Notes under the pieces: model-generated | The model's database searches: none | Seen by the model: only the letters and a program-made list of their open reading frames with translations | What the model was told of the DNA's origin: nothing | In this document: positions 25,948-39,887 of the stretch, piece by piece | Layout: each line of letters opens with the position of its first letter | Position numbering within the stretch: the stretch's first letter is position 1 | Position numbers and translations under genes: made by a program | From: Octopus vulgaris | Taxonomy: Eukaryota | Length of the DNA stretch: 64,000 nucleotides | Direction: 5' to 3' | Assembly (NCBI GenBank): GCA_951406725.2 | Contig: OX597825.1 | Coordinates: forward strand, 32,860,001-32,924,000

Positions 25948-26046
25948 CAACAACAACATCAAAAATACATTAGGAATGAGAACTCAGGTTCAAAATTTCT
26001 CCAAGCCACCTGATGAAGGCTGGAGGGTGTATCAGCCGAAACGTTG
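25368..26046. mobile_element. Head-to-head pair of tRNA-headed, (AAT)n-containing, HHR-bearing SINE-like elements
   Basis: Centre cttggggtta-agagcgcgggctac-taaccccaag; B-box gagttcgattcc. HHRs at 25432-25475 (-) and 26007-26046 (+). Confidence 0.8.
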
Positions 26047-26783
26047 CAGGTATCGCCACGACAACTTTCTTTGTCATAGTCAATGCGACGACTACACGCT
26101 ACACACTTTCATTCCAAGTACTATTCCAAACAGCGGAAGTGAGCTAGAACGTTAGCACTTAAATCAGTCAACTACACTATACCTATACCGTCTCCAAAAG
26201 ATTGTCATCAGATATTGTCATTCGTTTCTGCAATTCTATGTTCAGTTTTGCTACGATAAAATAATAATTAACGTGTCGTCTGGTTCTTTGAAATTTTTCA
26301 ATATTGTTGGTTGTTTTTTCTCTTCTTTTGTTCAGTTTCAAAATGCATTTTCTTTTGCTTGAATCAACACCCGATTGCACTTGTGTCTTAGATAAACTTC
26401 CTCTTTCGCTCGCTCTCTCTCTCTCCCTCTCTGTGTATCTCTCTCTCTCTCTATCTATCTATCTTTCTGTTTTTTTCTTTCATTTCTTAATTGATGACTG
26501 AACTTAAGTTTCTCTACTTACCAAAAACTGAGCTTTGTAATCTGTTTTCAGCGATGATATTACTTCCATTGTAATTGCCCTTAATCTGATATCTATCTTT
26601 AAATCCAGTTCATATCTCTTTGGTATATTTCCTTTGTATGTTCTACACTACCAGTCGATAAATTAAAAGTAACGAGGCTTCTTTATAAATTTGGTATGAT
26701 TATTATTATCATCATCATCATCAATATTATTATTGATGTTGTTATTGTTATTATTATTATTATCATCATCATTATTATTATTA

Positions 26784-26856
<73 letters not shown>

Positions 26857-27199
26857 CATCATTATTATTATTAGTTCAACGAACAATTCTCTTGTATGAC
26901 TTGAACATCCAATGTGCTAAGTAACCTATTATGATCCGAAATGGTTCACATGCATTAGTTTTACATCAGCAGCATGCAATATTCGCAAAAACAAGATAAA
27001 GATTGTCCACGTCTATTGGGAGTTATTCTTCAGTCCGATGTAAACCAAGGCAATCGAGTTGTAGGGATCCACAGCTGGCAATGCCTTACGTTCGGCCGTA
27101 TGGCTCAAGGCTAATGTTTCCATTACAAGTTGCGTACAGAACTAACGAATTGAATAAGTACATTTAAACATTTTTATATAAATATAAACACATACATAC

Positions 27200-27420
27200 A
27201 TAAATCCCTACACATTTTTTCTCTCCGTTTTCTTCTTTTTTTTTTTTTTTGCTTGTTTCTTTTCACTCTCTCCCTTTTTTTCTCTCTCAGGCCTTTCTGT
27301 TGAAGAGCGTAGGTTCGAAACGTAAAACTTTTTTCTATTCCTCCTGAACTTTAAACTAATACACCTGCTTTTTTTCTTTCACCAGTCTTTATCTTTTATT
27401 CTCTGTAAATTTGAACTATA
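27200..27420 (+). mobile_element. Family E module with HHR-like motif (27294-27327, core CUGUUGA)
   Basis: ttt-CTGTTGA-a-gagc-gtag-gttc-GAAACGT-A-aaa. Confidence 0.65.
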
Positions 27421-27990
27421 CACCCACACGCACACACACACACACACACATGCACACTTAAAGTATACTACCGACAAACGACAAGTGAGGGCTGCTTCCG
27501 AGTATTGTAAGCTCAATGCTAAGTGCCCAGCCAATCCTGGCGCCCTACATGTTGGTGGACCTGGATTGTAATGAGTCCTGCGTGTTATAATTCTTGTTCG
27601 AATTGTTCATTATATTTGAACAAATTCTGACGGAGCTGCATAATTGCTAAGTTGTTGTTCTTTAATACATATTTATATACATACATACGTGTGTATGTGT
27701 GTATACGTGTGTATGTGTGTGTATTTGTGTGTGTGTGATTATGTTCGTCTGTGTGTGTGCTTGCGTGTGTGTGTCTGTGTGTGTGTGTATTTGTGTGTTT
27801 GTGCGTTTGTGTGTTTGTGTGTGAGTATGTGTGTGTTTGTGCGTTTGTGCATTTGTGTGTGCGTTTATTTGTGTGTGTGTGTTCAGACAAAGATCAGAAA
27901 CGGTGATGCAAAGACAGACAGAAAGACAGAGGGAAAAAGAGAGAGTGAGAGTTATATATATATATATATATGTGTGTGTGTATATATATG

Positions 27991-28070
<80 letters not shown>

Positions 28071-28219
28071 TATACAAGTTTATGTAGTCATATATATGTA
28101 GACACATGTATATATTACGTCTTTCGTAAGAGAATACACTCTCTACATATACAATGCAATCAGTGCTTAATTGAATTGCCATCTTGTTGTTGAATTTTTA
28201 CTCAAGAATTATATTCAAT

Positions 28220-28258
<39 letters not shown>

Positions 28259-28529
28259 AACACACACGCGCACACACACACCACGAGTGTGCGCGTGTGT
28301 ATAGTCTGAGTCTTGTGCAATGTGATCGATACCAGAATGCACAATCAATAGTATTTTCTTATTGTATACAATATTAATAAATTTGTCTCCTTCTTCCTTC
28401 CTCTCATTCTCTTTTAGAAGCAACATTTGCTTTTTTTTCTCCTTCTTTCTCATTATCTTCGACTCTTCCTGCTTCATATGTGTGTGTGTATGAGTGCGTG
28501 TGAGTGTATAAGTATATTTATATATATAA

Positions 28530-28639
<110 letters not shown>

Positions 28640-29167
28640 ATGTATATATACTTATACACGCACAGGACAGATATATACATATATATATATATGCATACAT
28701 ATATGTTTACACACATACATACATATACGTATATATATATGTGCATGTATATAGATATGTGTATATGATATAGATATGTATTATATGTATATCATATATA
28801 CATATACATACAAACATACATATATGCATACATGTATATTTATACATACATATGTATATATATTTATGTATAAAATATTTATATATGTATGTATGTATAA
28901 GTATATACAGACATATCGACCCTAAGTCTGATCACTAGCTACCTAGCTTTTCGTCCATTTATGATCTCTCTACTTTTCTATCGTTTTATGTTTCAGTCTA
29001 CATACATACACATATACGCACACGCACACACGTACACACACACCACATACACACATGCACGCACACACACACACCACATACACACATGCACGCACACACA
29101 CACACACACACGCACATATATATATATATATACACACACATAAATATATATATATATATATACACAG

Positions 29168-29239
<72 letters not shown>

Positions 29240-29240
<1 letters not shown>

Positions 29241-29497
29241 TATGAATAATGAGAGTAATAATTAAATTAATATCAATTTAAACTAGTGGCCTAGCATATT
29301 TTATAAAATCCGAAGATTCAGAAAAATATTACATACATATAAGAGAAATGACCACTAGGGGGATTCATAATATGCTAAAGGTAGACCCCATATAGTCTGA
29401 CCACTAAAAAAAAATTGAGGAAATTTTTTCTTAGTGGCCAGACCATATAGAGTCTACCTTTAGTGCATTAGGAATCCACCCAGTGGTCATTCCTCTG
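29240..29497. mobile_element. Family G fold-back module (palindrome 29342-29497)
   Basis: agagaaatgaccactagggggattc.../...gaatccacccagtggtcattcctct. Confidence 0.75.
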
Positions 29498-29705
29498 TGA
29501 CCGTGTGTGTGCCGTTGGCGATTTTGTTTCCTCCGTCTTCCCTCCTTTGGATCTTTCCTTTTCCTATGTTTCTCACGAAGAGCTACGCTCGAAACGTTAA
29601 GCCCTCCTTCTTCCCTTCCTTCCTGAGCGTCCAATAATACTATATTTGTTCCACTTCCTCGCATTGTTGTGTTTTCTCTTTGTGTTTTCATGTTTGGATT
29701 AACCA
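29497..29705 (+). mobile_element. Family F module, HHR with G5C (29568-29602)
   Basis: gttt-CTCACGA-a-gagc-tac-gctc-GAAACGT-T-aagc. Confidence 0.7.
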
Positions 29706-29708
29706 TAT

Positions 29709-29756
<48 letters not shown>

Positions 29757-29890
29757 GTATATATACCTAGTTATATATGTACATATGTATATGTCTATGT
29801 ATATGCATATATATAGATATGTATTATAGGGAGATAGATTGATAGACAGACAGGCGGACAGACAGACTGATAGACAGACAGATAGGTAGG

Positions 29891-29968
<78 letters not shown>

Positions 29969-30747
29969 TATAGATAGATAGATAAACTGTATATGAAAAT
30001 AAGTATTCATCTTGTGCTATGTACATATATTATATATATTTGTACATATATATATGACACCCAACCACACTCACACACCTACACATACACACGCATTCAT
30101 ACATAAGTACATACATACATACACACATAGATATGCATACATGTGTGCGTGTGTGTGTGTATAACGTGATCTGTCAATATTATCAATCTGTATATCTCTT
30201 TTTCTAGCTATGTCTCTCACTATGTAGCTATCTAGCTATTCAGTAAGCGGATTCCTTTGCTATGAATATCCGTATGTTTATCATTCTCAACGTCGGAAGT
30301 TCTAATTACACCTGCTGTTTATAGCCTTGTGCAGCCGATCAGCTGATGCAGGTGGTTGTTTTTTTTGTTTTTGTTGTTGTTGTTGTTTTGTTTTTTTTTT
30401 CCTTCTCTCCTTTCATTTTTGCTGACAATAGCAAGTGTGCACATTGTTGCATTACTATTCAATCAATTCGTGACGAAGAAAATGCAGTTATTTCAAAGTG
30501 ATGTACTCCACCTACTGAATAATAGAACAGATACAGCAACAGCAATCAAGACAAAGGCAAGAAAAACACACACACATAACAACAGCTGCAGCAACAGCAG
30601 GATCAACAACACCAATAGCAACGACAACAACAACAACAACAGCCAGAACACCCCTTACGGCTAACATAAAAACATAATGAATGTATTATTATGTGTTAAT
30701 GCGCTGGTAACATAGTTTAGTGAAAAGCTCTGTCTGGCATATATATA

Positions 30748-30869
<122 letters not shown>

Positions 30870-31509
30870 TAGATATACATATCTATGTATACACACACAT
30901 ATATATACATATATATACATATATATATACATGTGTATGTATATACACATATATATACGTGTATATATATAAATATTTATATATATATATATATGTGTGT
31001 GTATGTTTGTATATACATGTACATTGATGCACATATATACGTACATTTATATCATAGATATACATCTATATACTTAGGCATCCATACATATATGTATATT
31101 CATGTGTATGTGTATGAGTGTGTGTGCATATATACATGAATGTATTTATGGATCTATTTATCACGCTTTCTGCTTTATATGTGTGCGCGCTCGCGTGTGT
31201 GCATGTGATAGTGTTGACGAAATGATCGAGACGAGTATGATTCAGAGAACTCAATAGGTTCAAACATTGAGTACAGATCCATTGATTTTGTTTCAGCCCT
31301 TAAGGCGAGCTGTCTGTTGTATATGTTAGAACAATTATGTATGTTAACACTATCATTAAAGGTCGCATTCTGACTTCTGATGAGACTGGAATGACACAAA
31401 GAGACCACTAACTGCAACGCCTCAATCAAAATATTTACAGGGATGCTTTTGTATGTTCCCGTGTGTGTATGCATCAATCCATGTATGTATATGCGTTTAT
31501 AAATAGAAT

Positions 31510-31593
<84 letters not shown>

Positions 31594-31609
31594 TATAGAT
31601 AGATAGATG

Positions 31610-31842
31610 TATTTCTTTACTACCCACAAGGGGCTAAACACAGAGGAGACAAACAAGGACAGACAAACGGATTAAGTCGATTACATCGACCCCAGTGCGT
31701 AACTGGTACTTAATTTATCGACCCCGGAAGGATGAAAGGCAAAGTCGACCTCGGCGGAATTTGAACTCGGAACGTAACGGCAGACGAAATACAGCAACGC
31801 ATTTCGCCCGGCGTGCTAACGTTTCTGCCAGCTCGCCGCCTT
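31610..31842 (-). mobile_element. SINE family A inserted in (AGAT)n
   Basis: Near-identical to 16806-17034, reverse orientation. Confidence 0.9.
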
Positions 31843-31843
31843 C

Positions 31844-31935
<92 letters not shown>

Positions 31936-32123
31936 TACTCTTGACTCTATTACTTGTTTCAGTCATTTCACTGTGGCCATGCTGGAGCACCGCTTTTTGT
32001 CGAGCAAATCGACCCCAAGACATTCAAGTATTTATAGTATCGGTCTCTTTTGCCAACATCGCTTGACAATCGATGCTGGTGTGTTTACGTGCCCGTAACC
32101 TAGCGGTTCGGCAAAAGAGACCG

Positions 32124-32157
<34 letters not shown>

Positions 32158-32190
32158 CCAACATCGCTTGACAATCGATGCTGGTGTGTG
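31936..32190. mobile_element. Family C tail with internal inversion and duplication
   Basis: tatcggtctcttttgcc (32038-32054) / ggcaaaagagaccgata (32110-32126); ccaacatcgcttgacaatcgatgctggtgtgt repeated at 32053 and 32158. Confidence 0.75.
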
Positions 32191-32694
32191 AGTGGAAGAA
32201 TGCATATACTAATACCTGTATAATAATGATACGTAAGAAAAAATTCAAACGTTTTTTTTTGTTTGTTTGTTTGTTTGTTTTCCGTTAAATCTCACCGACT
32301 GAAGAGTACAAATTCAACCTTTGTGATGTTCTTTTTATTGAAATCTTTGTCCTTTTTGTCAGAAACAATTGTCTAGGATCATGGCATAAAAGGATACTCC
32401 ATTTTAACATCTAGTCTGCGTCATTTCATTTATATGATGAAATTTATTGTACTTAATAAATTAAGTTATATATATATAGGGAGAGAGAAAAGGGGGAAAG
32501 AGGTGGAGAGAGAGAATGCCAATGCATATAAAGTATTTTCGTTTATTGACGTAATATAACGAATATGTACTCTAAGTGCTCGGTTTGATTCACCTCTAAA
32601 ATTCTGGCTTCATCTGCAACTGAAAACATTTTGGTGTTGAGGCTACCTATCAAAAGCTGGCTAGAAGTGGTTCACTACCGAGCGCGTAATCTAC

Positions 32695-33246
32695 ATATAT
32701 CGGTAACAGACAAGTAAAACATGCGGTATCAGGTGACAGTATTTCATTTATCATTTATAATTTAAACATGTTAGCGTAGTTATAATCAATAGGTAAAGTG
32801 TCTCTTAACAGCTGTTTCTCGGATAGTGGAGCATGTGTTATTGAGCAAGGGTTTCCACATAAGCTACGTATACCGTCATTAGAGAGAGAGAAAAATAAAT
32901 AAAGAAAATTCTGAAACAGGGCTATTAGTAGTTACCAGTTTGTTGAATAACTAAACAGTGTCCAAAGTCAAAATATCATTACTTGGTAGTTCCATGGTCG
33001 AAAGATTAATGAAATTCTTAGTAAATGATAATATCTATTAGCCGTTCCATTGTTGAAGTATCAAAGAAAGTTAACATCTATCATCTTTTACTTTGGATAT
33101 TCCTTGATACTTTAATAATGGAACTAGAAACAGCTGTAAGAGACTTTAACTATTTACTATAACCGCTTTGCGCTATGTTTAAATTATAAATTATAAATTA
33201 AAAGCCCTAAAGTGATACCAAGTGTTTTGCTTGTTTGTCGTCTGTT

Positions 33247-33255
<9 letters not shown>
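32695..33255. mobile_element. Old module with about 125 bp inverted arms retaining the GAAA-CAGCTG-T half of an HHR
   Basis: Arms 32695-32820 / 33125-33255 (agaaacagctgtaagagac...atgtttaaattataa...gatacc...). Confidence 0.6.
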
Positions 33256-33286
<31 letters not shown>

Positions 33287-33299
33287 ATATATATATATA

Positions 33300-33495
33300 A
33301 AGTTAATCCAAACAAGAAAACCGAGGACGTGGAACAAATATAGTATTACTGGACGCTCAGGAAAGAAGGGAAGAAGGAGGGTTTCAACGTTTCGAGCGGA
33401 GCTCTTCGTCGGAAACATAGGAGAAGGAAAGATCCCGAGAAGGGAAGACAGAGGAAAAAATCGCCAACGGTACACACGAGGTCACATTTTGAAAA
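33300..33495 (-). mobile_element. Family F module, HHR core CCGACGA (33381-33416)
   Basis: Minus strand: gttt-CCGACGA-a-gagc-tcc-gctc-GAAACGT-T-gaaac. Confidence 0.7.
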
Positions 33496-34323
33496 TATAT
33501 ATATATGCAACTCAGAACTTCTTTCAATATGCGATCCTATACACACGGCATCTAAATAAACGACGGGGGGCCACGGCTGGAATGTAGCTGCACCACAGAT
33601 TTGCTTGATCTTGGCCGCGGTGAGGCTGCACAGTATCAATGGTGGCGGTATTAATCAGACATGTTGTGTATTCTACGTCATATAAACAGCATAACCAAAG
33701 GAAAAATGATCTCAAAGTCAATTAATCAATGAATCACAAAAATCAATCAATTAATCAATATCTAATTATGTATATATATCAGTAGTTAGTGCCACACTAG
33801 AACTGATTCACTGCAACGCTCTCATTAACTTTGGAACCGCCATTTCACGTCGTTTCTTTTTATAGGAAAATTTTGAACAGCAGAATCGTTTTAACAAGTT
33901 TCCAACTTACCAGTCAGTGGTGCAAAGCATTTACGACGATGAGAGTTACAAAAAAGAGTATGCAAAACCAATGCAGAATTAATTATATCGGGGCACTTCG
34001 CAAGGCAAGTGTCAACTGTCTCGGGTTTCCCAGCGATGTTTATATCCCTCTCTGATATAAATCGGTGAAACATACGCATTTATATAAATACCTACAAACC
34101 AATGTATGCAAACATTCTGATGTGTGCCTGTGCGCGCGAGCGTACACGCATATAGAATGATATGTGTATATACATATACGTATACATTGATACATACGTA
34201 TTAACACATGCTTCTACAGAAGTATCTTCTACTATAGCATTGTGCTGACCAAAGCTTTCTGAGTAAATTTGATAGACAGAAGCTGAAGGAAGCGCGTTGT
34301 GTATATACATGTGTTTGTGTGTG

Positions 34324-34369
<46 letters not shown>

Positions 34370-34396
34370 CATACAAACATACATACATACATACAT

Positions 34397-34427
<31 letters not shown>

Positions 34428-34439
34428 CACATATATATA

Positions 34440-34670
34440 AATTTCAGATGTTGTGTGACCCTTCTGTCCGGCAGTCGCCATGATAGATCGGTAGCCACTA
34501 CACATTTTTTCTCTCTTTGTTTCTTTCCTTGTTTTTATCTGTGTCCCTTTCTGTAGAAGAGCGTAGGTTCGAAACGTAAAAGACTTTTTCAATTCCTGAG
34601 CGTTATACTAATACATATGTTTGTTTCCTACAGCACATGTCTTCGTCTTTTGTTTTTTTCGTGAACTCGC
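34440..34670 (+). mobile_element. Family E module with HHR-like motif (34547-34582, core CUGUAGA)
   Basis: cttt-CTGTAGA-a-gagc-gtag-gttc-GAAA-CG-TA-aaag; stems I and II pair fully. Confidence 0.7.
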
Positions 34671-36005
34671 CTTTACATACATATTTGGGACTACGTAGAT
34701 TTACTAAAGTGCGTGAAAGATGAGTATAACTTGTGTTTACAAGAATAAATTACTCAGATGTTATTAAGTTATGAGGAGTTATATGAAAGCGAAGAATGGT
34801 TAATGATTCTTTTAGACATAACTTACACTTGCCGATGTTTGCATTGCATTAAATGCTTAATATTAAATTTTATTTATTCATCCCAATTATGAAAGTTTAA
34901 TAATTGAATACTGTGAGTTAAAATCCTGCGTTTTTTAACATTTGTCTATTTATTAGCGATGTCGTATATAAAATAAGTTTTTGTTTTAATCTTGGAATTA
35001 AATGGTTTTGACTTACTCTCAGGTGACTTTTGGCTAATACTGTATACCCTAGCTTGGTGGGTGCGTGGTGTTATAGCACGGCACTTGTAGACTGCATTTT
35101 TACGTAGACAGAAGCCTCCAAGAAGGGTATAGTTGAGAAACCTGACAATTGCAAGTTTTCATACCTGCTCCATTGGTTCATTGTTATACAAGGGACACCT
35201 TGGACATACATACATATATATATATATATATACACACCACCCATACACATATATATATATACACCAGCCATACACACACACATACTTGGAAGTTCGGCAA
35301 AAAGAGGTCGATGGAGTAGGTATCAGACCTAAAAATAGAAATACTGCGGGCGACTTGTTTGACATTTAAGGTGTTGCTCCAGCATGGCTGCAGTTCAATC
35401 ACTGAAAGAAATAAAGAAAGATTAAAGACTGTACAACGTGGTTCTAAATTCGCTTTATACAGACAAGACGGTTCTTGCTGGAAAGCCTTTGAAATAAGTC
35501 TTCTCGATCTGATCTGATCTCATATTAAACAACAACAGCAATAAAAGTCTCAATATATTGGTATTTTCTAATCGACCACATCCGTCAACGGGCAAATTAA
35601 TTTATGTGAAAGCAGTTTTTCAGCTATAATTTATGCAGTAGCCCTGTTACACGGTGCCATATTTATAGCACGAGACTTCAAAGAAATTATAACTATTCAT
35701 ATTCTCTGCAGAAGCTTCTGTTGTTACTGCAGTCAATCATAGCAATTGTACTCGGGCCTATTGTTGTCGTTGTTGTTCGTAGTGGTTGCAACTGTTTGCA
35801 AACGAATTGTTATTGATTTCTCTTGTCAATATTTACAATCTGTAAAAACGCTGAGGTCGATTTTGTTTTTCATCTTTAAGTGTCCAATAGAGTAAGCATC
35901 GGCCATGGATTGAAATTGATTAAATCCGTTCAACTCCTCCCATAAAAAGTTATAGTTTTGCTCAAATGTAAAAAAAAAACACTGAATATGAGCTGCCGTT
36001 GTTCA

Positions 36006-36084
<79 letters not shown>

Positions 36085-36421
36085 GATGTTATTGTTTAGT
36101 CCTAGGTTAATCTTCGTCCAGTAAATTTATATTCAGAGAGTGTTCCTATCTTAGCCCCACCACCATGTTATCAAATGTTTACTTGCGTGTTTTTTGTTGT
36201 TGTTTTTTTAAGATGCAAGACTGTGGCTTAGGGGAAGTGTTACTGCAGTTTCTATCAGGTGGAATAATCACGTGGAGAGTCAGTTGTTGGCTCATGCTTA
36301 AATGAAGAATAATATAGCAATTACATCTTGAACCTTTGGATAATCGCAGACAGGTAGAATCCAAAACGAATGCGTGTTTAGAAGTTCTATAGATAGATAG
36401 ATAGATAGATAGATACATACA

Positions 36422-36474
<53 letters not shown>

Positions 36475-36974
36475 GCATATATATATATGCACATATATAT
36501 ATACGCATATATATGCACATATATATATATATATATATACGCATATATATGACATATATATATATATATACGATATATATATAAAAATAATATATATATA
36601 TATATATACGCTATATATATATTATATATATATAATACATATATATATGTATATGTATGTATGTATGCGTGTATGCATGTATTTATGTATGTATGTATGT
36701 ATGTATGTATGTATACCTCCCTGTGTTCCACTTTGCTTTTTATTCTGCCTTCGATATAAATACAGGCGGTCTGCCTGGGTCGATTCGATGGAATTTATAT
36801 CTTATACCTTCCTGCCATTAAGTAAATATTCTTTGTCAAGATAAGAAGTCAATGTTTAAAATACTATTGATTCCCTCTTCGCTGCCAGAAGTCACCACTG
36901 ACGTATCACTCAGCATTTATCTTTCGTCACATTATACACACACACGTGTGTGTGTGTACTAGATTATGGACTTT

Positions 36975-38725
36975 TACCTACTTGCATAAGTCGGGGTCGA
37001 AGATTCTGTGTGGTAATTTTCGCGAAATTTCGCTTTTGTTTGTAGTTGGAAAGGTATTTGCCCGCATTCTGTTAGACCGTTTAAATACATTCATAGTTCC
37101 AAATATAGTGTCTGACTCTCAATGTGTACAGTTGATTGTATCTTTACTAACAGACAATTTCAGGAAAATTGCATTGAACAAAACCTTGCCTTATAGCATT
37201 GCTTTGTTGATTTAACCAAGGCATTCGATACTGTTAATCGAAATTCTCTGTGGCTAATTCTAAAGATAATAGGTTGCCTGGAAATATTTGTAAACATGAT
37301 CAGGGCTTTGCATCAAGATATAAAGGCTAGAGTTAATTTTGGTACTAGGCCTTCTGAATCTTTTGCCGTGGAAAATGGAGTAAAGCAAGGAGACCTTGGT
37401 ACACCCACCCTCTTTGCAATATACTTTGCTGTTGTGCTGTCACACGCTTTTAAAACCTCCGAAGAGTGTACTTACATAAATTATCGAACAACTGTTAAAA
37501 TAGTTTGTGTATTTAAGAATAGAAAGCAACTTATTGCAGATAGGTTTTAACAACAGAATCTTATATGGACCCCCAAGGGGCAAGTGAACGCTGGTTGAGA
37601 TCCACTGATTTAAATGGACGCCGATGGAAACCTTACCCTCGAAAGACATCTTCTACCCTCTCACTCTCCTCTTTCTTATTTCCTTTCTGTCTGTCTCTTT
37701 CTTCCTGTCTATATGTGCACACATTCATACTTACTCACACACACACACACATGCGCACATACATATTATTTATCGGTTTATATTTTGATCTGACCAGACT
37801 GAAATTCAAAACAAAGATTTTCACTTCACTCATTAGGGAACTCTTATACGCTGACGATTGCGATCTAGTCAGTCACTCTGAAACAGGCCTGCAATCTCTT
37901 GTATCTGCATTTGGCTTGACCATCAACTTGAAAGAAACAGTTGTAATATATCAGCCTGCACGTGATGCTGTTTGCAACACCACTAAAATTTTCGTTAAGG
38001 GTAAGCTACTTGGGGTTATTAACTCTTTTATCTACATCGGAAACTCTGTACAAAATGATAGAAATCTGGATACAGAAATACATCTGCGAATTCAAAAGGC
38101 TGCCCAAGCATTTGGTGGTTTGGAGTCAAGCGTTTGACGCCAACAACATTAATAACGACACAAAATTGGCTCTTTACAAATCGCTTGTCTACCATCTTTG
38201 TTGCATTCTTCTGAAACATGGACGTGTTATGAAAAACATTTCAAACTGTTAGAACGATTCCACGAAAATGCATTCACCACTGCATTTTAAACATGAAAAA
38301 TGGGGCTTTTTTACTCCAGACATAGATGTCTTTGCATCTGCAGGCATCAATGATTCTGAAAAACCAATTGAGCTGGTTCGAATGACGGAAGAACGCACAC
38401 CCATACAGCTGTTTTATAGCGAGCTTGGAGAAGGGAAACGTAATCGGTGTAAACCTAAAAAGAGGTTTAAGGACGGCATAAGGACCATCATTAAGTCACT
38501 TGGAATGGATCCGAGATCCATAGAAACACTTGCTTCGGATCGAACTGGATGGGGAACAAAAGCGTGGAGTGGAGTGAAAGCTTTTGAGAAGGCCAGGATT
38601 ATACATCCAAGACTCAAGAGAGATTAAAAGAAGAATGTTGCAATCGAGAAGGGGAATTTCAGTGACATTTTGTGTGCACAGTTTGTGACAGACCATGCCA
38701 TTCTTTTGCTGAGCTCAAAAAAGAA
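36975..38725 (+). pseudogene. 5'-truncated, decayed RTE-clade LINE reverse transcriptase
   Basis: CGNFREISLL..GKVFARILLDRL; FVDLTKAFDTVNR; GVKQGD..PTLF; LLYADDC; FGLTINLKET; FIYIG; LDTEIHLRIQKA; RMTEERTPIQLFYSEL.EGKR..KPKKRFKD; C-terminal CTVCDRPC. Frameshifted and interrupted at about 37494-37770. Confidence 0.92.
37494..37607. mobile_element. Half of a hAT-type MITE inside the RTE LINE
   Basis: Matches the 3' half of 46254-46503 (aatcttatatggacccccaagg...ggttgagatccactg). Confidence 0.7.
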
Positions 38726-39029
38726 ATTATACTAGAGTGATCCAATGTCAAAATAAATGTTACATAACACACTGTCATTTCAAACCAATATACATTTATG
38801 GGTATATTTTGTAATACATAATAACATTTATAACCCTTAATCAAAGTTAGAACCATATTTCATCTTTGCATTTGGTTTACAAGATTTTTAATGTAAACTT
38901 GTGTGTTGAAACATATTTTGTTGCATCATGAGTGGGTCATTATGCCAGTAAATAACACACACACACATTCACTGGTTCTATTTCACTACTATAAACTTGG
39001 TGACAGAGAGACCTGACCTATAGAGGATG

Positions 39030-39310
39030 AATCATGCTATCTTGAAAGGCTTAGTCAGACAAATTGACACCAGAACATGTTTTTCAAAGTCCGGTACTTG
39101 TGCTATCGCTGGCACTGGTTGTCAAGTGGTATACAAAAAAAAACACACACACATGCCGGACTTCTGCAGAGTTTACGTCTATCAATTTCACTGGCAAGGC
39201 GTTATTCGGTCCGATACTATAGTGGAAGACACTTGTTGAAGTTGTCGCGAAGTAGGACTGGACCTGAAACCACGTGGTTGCCAAGCGAATTTCTTAGCCA
39301 TCCAGCTATG
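39030..39310 (-). mobile_element. Degenerate full SINE B
   Basis: ctatcaatttcactggcaaggcg...gaagacacttg...gacctgaaaccacgtggttg. Confidence 0.65.
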
Positions 39311-39834
39311 TCTCTTTCTATTCATATGCCAGTCACTGCTAGTCTTTTATATCACGCTTTACTCAGAGTTGACATAAAAACTAAATCGACTCACTTCCTA
39401 ATGAAATTCAATCAATCAATCAATCATTCAATCAATTAATCAATCAGTTAATCAATCCCTCATTCATTGAATCGATCGAACAACTATGAACTTCTATAGA
39501 TGAATACAGAGATGAATACAAGCGCATGCGCACGTATATATTTACTGCCAATTTCATAGTTAACAATTTTTTAACCCTATTGTTATAATATAAGTAGGCT
39601 GCTATATTATTTTATAAGTTGCAGTAATATTTATCGAAACATTATTTTCCTCATTGAAAAATGAAAAACTAAATCGAGTTTACAATTATCCATAAAATAT
39701 ATTTAAATACATGCTGCATCATAAAAATATAATTTATCAACGAAATTTATTGACTGTATAAAATAATCACAAAATGTAGGTTCGATATGGAAATATAGAT
39801 TTTTATGAAATGAAAATAAAAATCAATATATATA

Positions 39835-39887
<53 letters not shown>

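Noticed and set aside
33524-33721. GC-richer unique stretch as a coding exon
   Set aside because: No recognisable protein or convincing splice pair.
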